Assembly (NCBI GenBank): GCA_016618085.1
Contig: JABLTG010000020.1
Span: 1-64,000 of the forward strand
Direction: 5' to 3'
From: Neovahlkampfia damariscottae
Taxonomy: Eukaryota
Length of the DNA stretch: 64,000 nucleotides
Shown: one piece after another, positions 13,485-27,006 of the stretch
Position numbering within the stretch: position 1 is the stretch's first letter
Layout: each line of letters opens with the position of its first letter
Made by a program: the position numbers and the translations under genes
Notes under the pieces: model-generated
Told to the model about the DNA's origin: nothing
The model's database searches: none
What the model saw: only the letters and a program-made list of their open reading frames with translations

Positions 13485-14079
13485 TTATTTTTCGAATGAT
13501 ATTAATTTTTTTTTATTCAAAAATGACTTATCAAAATTAAATGGATGTATCTTTTTTTTTTGAATTAAAAAGTAAATATTTCGATTACAATTAATATTGG
13601 ATTTCCTATAACTAATCCTTTTGAAATTGGACCATAATCAAATGAATCAATAGAATTATTTTTATTATCTCCTTCAACCTTTTAAAAATTAAAAATAAAA
13701 TATAAAATACCCATAGTTTTCCTTTTGGAATCATTGTACTTTCTCTTATTAATACATTCAGTTAATATTTATTGAAGATAATTATTACCCATCATAATGA
13801 ACAATATCACCTGATAATCCTGATATTCTTTTTACAACTAATATATTTTCATTTGGTTTTCTAAATATTATTAAATCATTAATATCATATTTTTTTTTAA
13901 ATTTTTTAACTAAAATAATATCATTATTATGTAATGTTGGAGACATTGATTCACCAGATATCTTTCTTATTTAATTCTATTTTTTTATTTACTTTATAAA
14001 TTGAAAATACATAATTTTTAAATATTGAATATATTGAATAACATCCAATAAATTGAAATATCATTTTATTAATTTTCAT
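13485..14079 (-). CDS. Mitochondrial inner membrane peptidase IMP1/IMP2 (peptidase S26), 3 introns
   Basis: Spliced GESMSPTL (catalytic Ser), VKRI (Lys), [12 protein letters not shown]...[10 protein letters not shown]. Confidence 0.85.
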
Positions 14080-14148
14080 TTTTGACTTCAATTATAAAAA
14101 TCACAACAACAAGAATGATGATATGATTGGTCAATGAATTCAAGTATT

Positions 14149-14904
14149 TTATTTTAATTTTGAAATCTCTTCAATTAAATGTTCACATTCTTCTTCTTTT
14201 TTTAAATATTTTTGAACTAAATCTTTGTTACGTTGTGAAATACTCAATAATTCTTTTTTTGTTTCTTCATTTTCTTGTAATAATTTATTATATTTATCCG
14301 TTAGATTATTTAAATTTCTTTCAATTTTTGAATTTTCATGTTGACATTGAACTACTTTTTCATTTTGTAATTTTAATTCTAATTTTATTGACTGTAAATC
14401 CTTTTCTGTTTTAACTAAATCCTTTGCAACTACTTCAAATTCTTCTGCTTCTTTTACTCTATAACCATCTACTTCCTTCAGTCTTTCTTCTAACATTTCA
14501 TTATCTTCAATTAATTCTTCATTCTTTGATTGTAAATCATTCTTTAATCCAATTATTAATTGCATTTCTTCATTTGTAGCTGCTAATTCATCTTCATTCT
14601 CTTCTAAGTGTTCTCTTAATCCATCCATTTCATCATGTAATTTATTAATATCTTCATTTAATTTGGAAATATTATTTTCTGACTCTTCTTTTTCATTTTT
14701 ATTTAATTCTTTTAATCCTTCAATTTCTTTTAATAAACTCTTTTCAATTTCTTCAAACTTTAATATTTCTTCTTTTAAAAATTTTATTTCTTTTTCATTT
14801 TCTTTAGTTTTATTATTTTTTTCTTCAAATTCATTATTAATATTTAAACAAATAAGATTTAATTCTTCTAATTTATCACTCAAACTTTTAGTGTTGTTTG
14901 ACAT
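14149..14904 (-). CDS. Coiled-coil protein, unknown function
   Basis: Intact 251-aa ORF with continuous E/K/L heptads; CCAAT just upstream. Confidence 0.7.
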   Translation of the reverse strand: MSNNTKSLSDKLEELNLICLNINNEFEEKNNKTKENEKEIKFLKEEILKFEEIEKSLLKEIEGLKELNKNEKEESENNISKLNEDINKLHDEMDGLREHLEENEDELAATNEEMQLIIGLKNDLQSKNEELIEDNEMLEERLKEVDGYRVKEAEEFEVVAKDLVKTEKDLQSIKLELKLQNEKVVQCQHENSKIERNLNNLTDKYNKLLQENEETKKELLSISQRNKDLVQKYLKKEEECEHLIEEISKLK

Positions 14905-15071
14905 GATGTAGTTGATTGGATAAAAATGTAAAAAAATCAGAATGATTTATGAAAATATTTCATACACAAATCATCAACATAAATAAAAGAAAAAATAAAA
15001 ATAATAAAATTCCCAAAAATAGAATAGAGTTTATTGATTGGTTCATTGGACAAAAAAAAGAAACGTCTCTC

Positions 15072-18000
15072 ATGACAGTAAACCGAAGTAATTCATTCTC
15101 ATCGATTTAGTCACCTGGTAAATTGACAACCTCAATTTCTACACCAGACTCTGTTTTAAAAAAAAAAGAAATTTATGAACAAGAGAATGGACATAGTTTT
15201 GAAGAAAAAGAAGAAATTCCAAGAACAAAACAAATATATCTTTTAAAGCATTGTCATGAACCAAAAGATAAAGATGAATCTTTAATGATTTTACATGATG
15301 CACTTTTGCACACCAAAAATATTCATAGTTGGATTGAGTTAGGTTTATTCAAAACTTTATGTCATATTTTAACATGTGATGTTGTTTCACGTGAAACATT
15401 TCAAATTTTAGAAAAAGTAAGTAATATAAAAGTCTAAACAACACTAAACAGATTTTTATTACTATTTTGAAGTTACCTTCTTTTAATACATTTTTTGATG
15501 AATTAACAAATTATATGGATCCAAATGCGAATTATGTTCCTTTAATTTATATGATGTACAATATTATGAAAGAGAATCCAAAAATAGTTGAAGTAATATT
15601 ATTTTTAATTTTCTAATTATTCAAAGATGTTTATTGAACAAAGTGGAACCAATTTTTTATTAGATTTTTATCAAAAGAATTTAGCAAGTCAAACTACACG
15701 TAAAAGAACTTATGCGCGTCAAAATAAATCATATAAAGATCAAATAGCTACACATTTTCAAGAAGATAATCCATTAAGTCCAAAAATACAAAGTTTTCAA
15801 AGATCAAGAACATTTACAACAAGTGGTGGATATTCACCTTCAAATTTTAGATTATCAATGAATAAAAAAGGACAAAGAAAAGGTTCATTTGTACCATCAC
15901 TTACTTTACCTGTTACACCTGGAAGAGAACCAAGAAGTTTTTCACGTTTAAGTCGTAGAACTGGAATATTTGATGATGAAATTTTAAATTTTAATATTGG
16001 ATTAGATACAGTTAGAACAGATCCAAATGAATCAAAAAGTAATAAAAATAATAATTAAATTTTTAGAACCAATGAATGAAATATTTAAAGGACTTGGAAA
16101 GAAATTAGGAGAAACATTTATTATGAATGATTTTAGTACTTTATTATCAATAAAAAGAGAACTTGAAAGAGATGGTGATATATTTTGTAATGATGATGAT
16201 GATGAACAAGACACTTCATTCTCTACTCCAAAACAAAATTTAATGGATATTGATTGGATTATAAATTATCCAAAAGATCGTAATGTTAGAAAATGGTCAA
16301 TATTATTAGTGTTGAATTTAATTTATAGTGTACCTTTTGCAAGAAAAGTATCATTTTTTTATTTTTATTTTAAAAATTTAATTATTAGTATTTTAGAAAT
16401 CCAGTTAATTTTTTTATGGTTGAATTAAATAGTTTAAGAGAATATAATGAAGTAATGAAAAGTCCAACATCAACAACTAGTTTAGAAAAGAATATAATGG
16501 ATGTAATGTATAAAATAATGTCACAATTTGCAGGAGATGCAGAAATACATTATTTTTCATTATGGAAAAAAGCAACAAAATCTAATGAAATTGCATTTAA
16601 GAATGAAGATGTTTCAAAATATGATTTATTTTTATGGAGATGGTCAGCATTTGCAGAGAATTCAGTATCTGAATGTAATTTTATTCAAATTAATAATCAA
16701 CTTCAAATATTAAGTAATTATATGAAACTTAATACATCAAGAGTTAGTATATCACAATGTTCATTAGTTTGTGTTAGTAGTTTAGTTAAAATAATGGATT
16801 TATGTAGAGATAAATTAGTATCATTATTACCAAATAATGATGAATTAAATGAAGGAGGAGGAACAAAGATAAAATATTCATACAAAAATTCAGAATGTGT
16901 TTTAACTATTCATTTACTTTTAGAATTATTTGATTTATTAATGAATTCACCTGAAAATCATCCTTTAAATCTTGAATTTTATTATTTTTTATTTATTGAT
17001 AATGAAATTATTCATCATTGGATACAAGGATATACACAACATTTATTTTCTTTAAAAGAACCAACTGAAAATTCACTTTCAATTTCATTAAAAGAACAAA
17101 GAGAAAAAATAATATTACATTTTAAAAGTTTAATGAAATTAATGGATAATTTAAGAGAAGAATTTTTAGATCAAGAAGCAAAAAAGAAAATGGAAATTGA
17201 ACATAGTGAAGATAGTTATGCAAAAGCAGATTATATTAAAAATAATGTAATGTTAAAATTTGAATTTTTAGTAAATCCAATTGATGGTATTATTTTACGT
17301 TTTCTTGCAAATGAATCAATTGATTTAATTTATTATTCAGTTAAAAAAATTATGCTTCAATTTTTAGAAAAATTATTTTCAATTCATAATATTTCATTTT
17401 TATCAGTTGAAAATTATTGTAATTCTTATACAAGATATCATTTTCAATCTTTTATGAAATTATATGTTTCACCAAAAACTGATAAAAAAACAATTGAATT
17501 ATCAATTCTTCATTTAAAAATTTTAAGAGTTTTTTCTCAAAATAAAACTCAAATACTTGATGATGTTTTATTTAAAATGAAAATTGTTGATTTTCTTGCA
17601 AAAGAAATTAGTTTAGAATCAAAATATCCTCCTTCTTTAAAAAAGAAAGATGTAAAAAATAATGATAATGATAATAATTCGGATTATAATTCGGATTATT
17701 CGGATTATTCGGATACTGATTCAGATGATATTCCATTAGATTCTCCAAGAGAAAAACCAAAATTTGGTTTATCTTTGAATTTTTCAGGTGCAAATGCAGG
17801 TTGGGGTAATGATGAATTAGCAAAAGAATCAATGCAAGCTTCAGATGAAATTGATCCATTTTCAAGAAAAAATAGTTTAGTTAATATGGATGATTTAGCT
17901 TCACCAAAAAAAAAGATATCTTTGAAAGATTTTGGAAATAAATTAAAATTAAGTCTAGGAAATAATGAAAAAATGAAAGTTCCACAATTAAAAGTAACAC

Positions 18001-21000
18001 CAGAAGTTAAAGAAGATGATTCAGAAAAATCAAATAGTGATACTGATACTGATTCAGATATTCCACTTGATTCACCTTCAAAACCAAGTGGAATGAAAAT
18101 ACCAGGATTAAGTCTTGGTGGTAATTCAAAATCAGGTGGTATGAAAATGCCAGGATTAAGTCTTGGTGGTAGCTCCAATTCAAATATTCAAGGAAGTGCA
18201 AAAGATGATTCAAATAAATCAAATAGTGATACTGATACTGATTCAGATACTCCTCTTGATTCACCTTCAAAACCAAGTGGAATGAAAATACCAGGGTTGA
18301 GTCTTGGTGGAAATAAACCAAGTGGTATGAAAATGCCAAGATTAAATATGCAAAAATCAGAACATTCAAAAGATGCATCAGATAAATCCAATAGTGATAC
18401 TGATTCAGATACTCCTCTTGATTCACCTTCAAAACCAAGTGGAATGAAAATGCCTGGATTAAATCTTGGTGGTAATTCAAAATCAGGTGGTATGAAATTA
18501 CCTCCAATGAAGAATAAAGATATAACTGAAGAAGAAGAAGAAGAAGAAGAAGAAGATCCAACAAATGTACCATCAATATCAAAAATACCAATAAATGATG
18601 ATAGTGATGATGATCATACTAATATTGCATCACCATCACGTGTTAAAGTACCAACAATGGCAATGGGATTTAAATTAAATATGACAAATGTAGTTGCAAT
18701 AGATGATAATCAATTTGAACTTGGACCTGTAAAAACAACTTACAAACCACCTATTTCTCCGGGAGAAGTTGAAAAAAAAGTAGAATTTCAATTATCACCA
18801 ACATTAGATTCACCAAATAATTATTCACCAGGTACAGGTAGAGAATCTGAAAATGATGATGAAAAGAAATATTTTAGAGAACATAAAGAAGCACTTACAC
18901 AAAGAAATATATTCATTAATAGAAATGAAATGAAAGAAAAAGAAGAAGAATTAGATAATGAAACATTATATTTTCAAGAAATTGAAATGAGAAAGATGTA
19001 TTTTGATTCTGATTTACATATTGAAATGATTGCATTACTTATGACACTTTTAATTACACCAAAAGATACATTAGATCAAAAATATACTGATGATTATCCA
19101 GTTCAAAGAGGAATGTTAAATATACCACATTATTTACATCATCATATAAATCATCCTGATAATCAAGATATTATTCCAAAACTTCATTCAGAAATTGTAA
19201 AAATTGGAAGAGGTGCAAGAATTTTATTTAGACTTGTTTGTAAAAAAATGTTTCAAACCAATATTTATTCAAACAAGATTAAAAGAATTGGAGTTGGTGG
19301 ATTTGGAACAGTTTGGCAATGTAAATTACCATTTTCACATTCCAATCTTGATACTGTTGCAGCTAAAATGGTTGAAGTACCAAAAGATGTACATAGTAGA
19401 TGTGTTGTACATGATGTATTTACAGAAATATTAGTTATGGATTTATTTAAAGGTGATCCAAGAATATGTCGTATGTATGATTATGGTGTTGATGATGATC
19501 AATATTATATTATAATGAAAGAATATAGAACAAGTTTAAGAACTTGGAGAGAAAAACAAACAACACCTTTATCTCAATTATTACCTCTTTATATGAGAAT
19601 ATTTTATAAAGTTTTAGAAAGTATTAAATTTTTATGTGATCATAATGTTAATCATTTTGATTTAAAATGTGATAACGTATTTTTAGAACCATTTGAAGGT
19701 GTTTCAGATAAAGATTTTTGGAAGAATACTGCAGAAGATCCAAATTTTAAATTAGTTTTAGGTGATTTTGGTACTGCACATTTATTTGCAACTGAAACTG
19801 ATGCATATACAACTAGAAATAGAGGAACTGATTGTATTAAAAGTCCAGAAATGTTAAAAATTGAATTATTAAAAACAACAAATAAGAATTATGATAGAAG
19901 AAAAAGAGTTGGTGCAAATAGTGCATCAGATATGTGGAGTTTAGGATGTTTATTTTTTGAATTATTAACAACAGAATATTTATTTAATACACCAAATTTC
20001 TTTTTAGTTGTTACAAATGATAAATTTAAATTAATTTCACAAGAAAGATATCAAATGTTAGGATATAATCCAATTTTAATGGATATTTTAACTTTTATTC
20101 TTGTTAGAGATCCAGAAAGAAGACCAAATATTGAAGATATTATTAGTAGATTTAGATATTATATGACATTAGTACCTTTATATGAAGAAATGAAAAAAAA
20201 AGGAAAATTTCAAGGTATTAATTCACCAAAAGTTACTGCAAGAATTGAATTTAAAGATATTGAACAAGTTAAACAAAATGATATAATCAAGTTAGATAAT
20301 GAAGAAAATGAAAAAAATGAAATATTATTAACACCTGTTACAGCAAAAGTAAAAATTGATGGTATTAATGGTGATAATATTATACCATATTTTTGGAGTA
20401 AAGAAGATACTGAATATTGTGAATATCATTATTCTGAAATTATAAAATCAAAATTATATTTATCTGGTGATTCTGTTGCATTAGATAAAAAAATGTTAGA
20501 TAAATTAGGTATTACACATATTGTAATTTGTTCAGATAATAAATCACCTTATAAAAAATGTTTCTTTTATTATGAATTTAATTCAAATACATCAGAATTA
20601 CCAAATGATAAAAATGCATTTATTGAATATGAAGATGCATTTTCATTTGTTAGAACTGCAATTGCAACAAAAGGAAAAGTATTAGTTTATAGTGGAAAAG
20701 GATTAAGTAGATCTGCATTATTTGTAATTTCATATTTACTTCATACCTATAATCTTTCAAGTTATGAAGCATATCTTTATGTTCATAATTTAAGACCTGC
20801 AATTAGACCTGAAATACTTTATTCATTTTTAAATTATTTAAATGATGCTAAATTTATACAAAAACCTATTCATGATTATGAAAGTATGTTAAATACAAAT
20901 GAAAAAGTAAAGAAATGGGTAAGTAGAGTAAATGGTGGAATTGATACAAAAAAGTTTAATATTAGAAAAGCTATTCAATGGTATAGATGTTTATGTGGTG

Positions 21001-21476
21001 CATGTTTAATTGGTTTAATTAGTCCATATCATCATGGTTCAACAGTTTCAAAAATGGGTTATTCATTGGTCAATATTTTAAAAGATTTATGGCCATCTTT
21101 TCTTGAAGAAATGAAAGCAGTTTATTTTTATGAAGCAAGTTCAGTTAAATTTGCAATTACAACAAAAGATAGATGTTTCTTGGATGAATTTGGTTTAAAA
21201 GAAAATTGTGAAAAATATGTTCGCAAAACTTCGGCAAAAAAGAAATTTACAAATTCTGAATGGGTTTTATATCGTTGTAAACATTGTCAATGGGCAACTC
21301 ATGCAATTCGTGAAAAATCAAAAGGAAATACAAAATCAGAAAAACCATCAAGAGATTTACCTCAATTAGATGAAGTTGATGTTGCAGTTGTTTCAAATTT
21401 ATTAACAAATTTACATTATACAATTGAAGATAAAGTTGAAGATGCAAGACCTGCAAGTCTTTTAAGTCATTTTTAA
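15072..21476 (+). CDS. ~2,070-aa Ser/Thr protein kinase fused to a degenerate dual-specificity phosphatase domain (5 introns)
   Basis: GVGGFG, VAAK, HFDLKCDN, DFG, SPE, DMWSLG; DSP-like LYLSG...LGITHIV...VLVYSGKGLSRSA; first exon is ATG ACA only; ORFs 15123, 15627, 16027 and 16416 join in frame. Confidence 0.85.
18030..18500 (+). repeat. Three-copy intragenic repeat encoding SNSDTDSDTPLDSPSKPSGMK(I/M)PGL(S/N)LGG
   Basis: Near-identical DNA copies at ~18030, ~18220 and ~18388; weaker copy at ~17710. Confidence 0.9.
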
Positions 21477-21568
21477 AAGAATAAATATTTTTTAATTCAA
21501 TCAGTTATGGAATCAATTTTATACTTCTTCTTCCATCTGATTGGATAAATCAAATTTCTTTGAAGTAA

Positions 21569-22400
21569 ATGAAAAGTATTGATAATGAAGATTTTACAGA
21601 TCCATATGAAGCAGGTATTTATTATATGAAAAAGAAGAATATAAAAGGAAAATTATTATTTTGTATGGTATTTCATTTTTATTATTTTTTATTTTTAGTT
21701 AGCAGGTTCCATTGCATTCAATACCAATTTTGAACATTCAGATTATGATTTCTTTGGTGTTTATGTTTCAAATTTAAATAATTATTTAGAAATAGAAGAT
21801 GAAAAAATAATAGATATTTCTACTTCTTTATCAGGTTTATTATTCTTTATTAATATTTTTAAATAGATGAGAAACCTGATTTTGTATTATATGAAGTTGG
21901 TAAATTCTGTGAAGGTATTATATTAGGACAACCATTAATTATATTATCATTTTATTCAAATTTAAATTTATGTTATGAAACAAAAGAATGGAAAGAATTA
22001 AAGAGACATAGAGAATCATTTATATATCAACAAACTATAAAAGGTATTTATAAATATATTAATATGTCTCTCTTTAGGTTTTATTAGTTATATTAAAAAT
22101 CAAATAAAAATTATAAAAGAAAGAAAAAATAAAAAATATTCAAAACCATTATATCATTCATTTCGTTTATTATTTGAAATTGAATCAATGATTAAAAATA
22201 AAGAACCAATAATGTATTTTGAAAATGAAAAAAAAGAATATTTAATGAATATCAGATTACAACAAAAGAAAAAGAATGAATATTTAAATGAATTAAAAAT
22301 AAAATTAAATGATATATTATTAAAAATGAATGAATTGGATTCAAATTTTAAAAGTATTGATATATTAAATGAATGGTTAATAAAAGTTAAAATTTATTAA
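21569..22400 (+). CDS. RlaP/YcgL-like Pol-beta superfamily nucleotidyltransferase (3 introns)
   Basis: Spliced product LAGSIAFNTNFEHSDYDFFGVY...DFVLYEVGKFCEGIILGQP...KPLYHSFRLL; mostly missed by the ORF track. Confidence 0.75.
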
Positions 22401-22507
22401 TATTATTTAAACTTATAGTTCATACTTTAATCAACATTACAATCATTTACATTATCAAATTTGATGATAAAAGTATCTTTTCTTCCGAAGAGAATTAACC
22501 AATCAAA

Positions 22508-23955
22508 ATGTTGAAAATTTTCAAACAAACAACAAAGTTTAGTCAAAAAAGATATCTCAACATTCATGAATATCAAAGTCATGAATTAATGAGAAAATAT
22601 AATATTGGTGTACCAAATGGTTGTGTTGCTACAACAGTACAAGAAGCCATGGAAGGTGGAAAAAAAATATTTGATAATAAAAGAGATTGTGTTGTAAAAG
22701 CACAAGTATTAGCAGGTGGAAGAGGAAAAGGAACATTTGAAAATGGATTTAAAGGTGGTGTTCACATGGCTGTAACAGAAGAAAAGTTAAAATATTTTGC
22801 TGAAAAAATGTTAGGTCAAAAATTAGTTACCAAACAAACAGGTGGAGAAGGAAAATTAGTTTCAAAAATTTATATTCAAGAAAGATTATATGCAAGAAGA
22901 GAATTATATTTTGCTATTTTATTAGATAGAAGTTATAATGGTCCTGTTATGGTTGCTTCACAAAGAGGTGGTATGAATATTGAAGACGTTGCAAAAGAAA
23001 CTCCAGAAGAAATTTTTAAAATTCCAATTAATATTAATATTGGTATGACAGAAGAACAAGCAATTGAAATGGCAAAGAATTTAGGTTTTGAAAATAATAC
23101 AATAAATATAGCTGCTCAAGAATTTTTAAAATTATACAAATTATTTATTGATAATGATAATACTTTAATTGAAATTAATCCTTTAATGGAAACACCTGAT
23201 TTTCAAGTTATTTGTGCTGATGCAAAATTGTAAATATATCTTTTATTTAACATTTATTAATAGAAATTTTGATGATAATTCAGATTATAAACATGAAGAA
23301 TTATTTAAATTAAAAGATGAAACTCAAGAAGATTCAAGAGAAGTTGCTGCTAGAAAGTTTAATTTATCTTATATTGGACTTGATGGAAATATTGGGTAAA
23401 TATATTTTTTTTTGAATGATAATTAACCAATATATATTTAGTTGTATTGTCAATGGTGCTGGATTAGCTATGGCTACTATGGATATTATTAAATTATTTG
23501 GAGGTTCACCTGCAAACTTTTTAGACGTAAAATATATATTTAAATATTAATTCAAAAAAAAAAAAAGGTTGGTGGTGGTGCATCACAAGAACAATTAGCA
23601 GAAGCATTGAAGATTTTAAATTCAGATCCAAAAGTACAAGCTATTTTGGTTAATATTTTTGGTGGAATTATGAGATGTGATTTAGTTGCAAAAGGAATTA
23701 TTCATGCTGCTAAAGAAACAAAATTAAGAGTACCTTTAATTGTTAGATTACAAGGAACAAACTTTAAAGAAGCAAAACAAATTATGGATGCAAGTGATAT
23801 GAAAGTAATTCCAGCTGATGATTTGGAAACTGCTGCAGAGAAAGCTGTTCAAATGGCAAATATTATGAAAATGGCAAAGTAAGTCTCAAAATAATATTAA
23901 AATTATAAAAAAAAGTGACATTGATGTAAAAGTATCATTTGAATTACCAATTTAA
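22508..23955 (+). CDS. SUCLA2: Mitochondrial succinyl-CoA ligase beta subunit (ADP vs GDP type not resolved), 4 introns
   Basis: Transit peptide, [62 protein letters not shown]. Confidence 0.95.
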
Positions 23956-24094
23956 TTTTATCAATAAAATTTATTTGAAAAAAAAAAAAAAAAATACAAA
24001 AAATTAAAATACTTTAATGTAATTGGTTAAATGAATTTGACAATCATTGGTCAAATTCCTTACAAGAAAAATAGAAGCGAAACGAATAGGAGTG

Positions 24095-25528
24095 ATGAGT
24101 AACCGTGATTTGAAAGATAAATCATCATCTCTCAGAGAAATGGATGAAGGAAAATCAAAAAAAGGATCAGGTTCAATTTTAAAGAAATTAATGAACAAAA
24201 TTTCAACTGGAGGAAACAAAAGAGATTCAATGGCAAATATCGAAGAAGCAATTCTAAAAGATGATTCAACAAATAAAAGACATAATAGTCAACCTGAATT
24301 CGCAATATCAGACGGATTAAAAAAAGGTCATAAAAACAACGATTCCTCAAAATCCTATTCTGATAGACCTTTAGATTCAGAAAAAAAGAAAGAAGGAAAT
24401 GACGAAGAAGAAGAAGAAGAAGAGGAAAAAGAAGGAGAAACCATTTTAATAGTTGAAAGTAAAAAAGATGAAGAAGAAGAAGAAGAAAAAACTAAATTAA
24501 AATTTTTAACAGACGAAGAAATTGATGCATTAGGAAAAGATGAATTAAATTCCTATTTAATAAAAGCATGTGAAATACCACAAGTTGACTTAGTTGAAAA
24601 GATATTAAGTTTTAAAGAAAAGATTGATATTAATAGAAAACATTTTGATTTTCAGGGTAGAACATGTTTACATGTTGCAACAGTTACAAACGATACATCA
24701 CTTGTTGAACTTTTAATTTTAAATGGAGCAGATGTAAATAGTACAGATAAAATGTTAAGAACATCAGTTCATATTGCATCATGTTTAGGTTTAAGAGATG
24801 TACTTTTAATTTTATTATCAATTGGAGGACAAACAAATGTTAGAGATTTTTATGGATATGCACCATTACATTTATCAGTTGCTAATCATCATTTTTCATG
24901 TTCACAAGATTTACTTTTATTTGGTGCAGATATAAATTTTAAAAAACAAAATGGAAATACATGTATTCATGATGCAATGAATTCATCCGATTTAAAAATG
25001 TTACAATTTTTATTATCTCAAGCATCTTCAAATAAAACCAAATTATTAGTTAATATAAAAGATAAAACAGGAGATACACCTTTACTGAGAGGTGTTTTAC
25101 AAGATTCAATTGAATGTGTTTCAGAATTAATTTCAACAACAAAATCGAATGTTAATTTATCAATACATAATGATAAAGATTTTAATATATTTCATTATGC
25201 TGCAAGAAAAGGTTCTTCTGATATGATTGAATTATTATTTAATACATCTGCAAAATCATTATATGATCAACAAAATAAAGATGGTTTAACACCTCTTCAT
25301 ATTGCATGTAAAGTTGGTAATATTGATGTAATTCAAAAATTATTTGAACTTGGTGCAAATATTAATCAACAAGATAATTTAGGCAATACTCCTTTACATT
25401 ATTCAATTAAAAATGGAAAAGTTAATTCATCTCAATTATTAATGAGATTAAAGGCAAAAATAAATATTAAAAATAAATTAAAAGAAACTGCAAGACAATT
25501 ATTAAAACAAGGTATTATTGAAAAATAA
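24095..25528 (+). CDS. Ankyrin repeat protein with acidic N-terminal region
   Basis: ~9 GxTPLH-type repeats. Confidence 0.88.
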   Translation: MSNRDLKDKSSSLREMDEGKSKKGSGSILKKLMNKISTGGNKRDSMANIEEAILKDDSTNKRHNSQPEFAISDGLKKGHKNNDSSKSYSDRPLDSEKKKEGNDEEEEEEEEKEGETILIVESKKDEEEEEEKTKLKFLTDEEIDALGKDELNSYLIKACEIPQVDLVEKILSFKEKIDINRKHFDFQGRTCLHVATVTNDTSLVELLILNGADVNSTDKMLRTSVHIASCLGLRDVLLILLSIGGQTNVRDFYGYAPLHLSVANHHFSCSQDLLLFGADINFKKQNGNTCIHDAMNSSDLKMLQFLLSQASSNKTKLLVNIKDKTGDTPLLRGVLQDSIECVSELISTTKSNVNLSIHNDKDFNIFHYAARKGSSDMIELLFNTSAKSLYDQQNKDGLTPLHIACKVGNIDVIQKLFELGANINQQDNLGNTPLHYSIKNGKVNSSQLLMRLKAKINIKNKLKETARQLLKQGIIEK

Positions 25529-25551
25529 AATATATTTGTATAATGAAAAAC

Positions 25552-26984
25552 TCATTCTTTTAAATTTGGAATTATTTGTTTTAATTGATTAAACAAATAT
25601 TTATCATTCATTTCTTCATTAATTGGATTATTTTTAATTTCTATTTCAATTAAACTATTTGATAATATTTCTTGATCAAATGAAATATATTCAATTTCTA
25701 ATCATTAATTTTTTAAATTCAAATAAAACTTCTTACTATTATTATTTAAATTTAAACTTTTTAATTTTTTTAAATAATTTAAATTTTCTAAATATTTAAT
25801 TTCATTATTCTCTAAATTTAAAGATTCTAAACCAATTAAATTATTTAAAATTGGTATAAATTTAATTTTATTATTTTTTAAATTTAAATGAATTAATGAA
25901 TTAAATGAATTACAAGAATTAAATCTTGTTAAATTTTGATTATTTAAATTTAAACAATTATTTGATTGTTTAATTTTAAAATCACTTAAAATATCATAAT
26001 AATAACCAATATGATTTGAATCTAATTTAATTAATTTTGATATATTTTCATTTAAATTTGTATTATGAATAATTAATGTAATTAATGCCCATTTACAATT
26101 TGGTTCAATTTCTAATAAATCATTACATGTTTCAATATCAATTTCTTTTATTTCATTATTTTCTAATAACCATAAATGATATATCCATGCACTTTGATCA
26201 TCTATATTTTAAATTTTAAATAAATTATACTTGGTAATGTATAAAATGCATTTCTAACAATATCAAATTCATCCATTGTTTTTTCAACTAAATAACTTCT
26301 ATTATGCCATGCTGAATAATTTGATGGATTGGATTCAATTTTATTTTTTATAAATTTTAAATCTTTTTCTTTTTCTGTTGAACTTAATTCTAATATATTT
26401 CTTCTATAATTCCAACAATGAACTATTTGGGTTTTTAAAATTATATTTCTCTTTCTTACAATTTCTTTCATCTAATTTAAGTAATTTTGAACATAATTTT
26501 AATTCATTTTCCCATTCTTCTGGTAATCTCTTTATACACCATTCTCTGTGTAACCAAACAGAATATGATTTGATACCTTTACTTTTTAAAAGTTCTTCTG
26601 TTAATTTTAATTCATTTTTTAAATCATAATTATCTTTTAATTTTAAAATTACTTCTTTTCTATAATTCCATAATGAATAAAATTCTTCAAAGTGTTAATA
26701 ATTAAACCTATCAAAATCTACCTGGATTAATTAATAATATTTTAGATGTTTTTAAAAGTATTTCATTTAATTTCTCATTAGAATTATCTTCCATTTTTAA
26801 TTCTTTTCCAAATTCTAAAATTTCTTCCTTTTTTTTTTACATTTTAGTTTATTCTTTACTTTCAATTCACAATATTTCTTGATTTTTAATTTTATAATTT
26901 CTTCTGTTTTTGAATCTATTTTTTCTCTTTTTCTGTCATGCTAACCAAAAAGAATATTTAGTTGAAAAGGAGGTGGTTTACCAT
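25552..26984 (-). CDS. RABGGTA: Rab geranylgeranyltransferase alpha subunit with C-terminal LRRs; first exon is ATG only
   Basis: M|HDRKR start, NPEFYSLWNYR, KSYSVWLHREW, HCWNYRR, SNYSAWHNRS, DQSAWIYHLWL, LLEIEPNCKW. Confidence 0.88.
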
Positions 26985-27006
26985 TTTCTATTTTAAACCA
27001 ATCAAA
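26985..27006. promoter_or_regulatory. 22-bp bidirectional spacer with a single CCAAT box between divergent ATGs
   Basis: TTTCTATTTTAAACCAATCAAA lies between the RABGGTA ATG (26984, -) and the ATG at 27007 (+). Confidence 0.6.

Noticed and set aside
17608..18591. Several minus-strand ORFs and a repeat array that might suggest CRISPR or a mobile element
   Set aside because: Repeats are in-frame coding duplications in the kinase; no unique spacers, cas genes, TIRs or transposase
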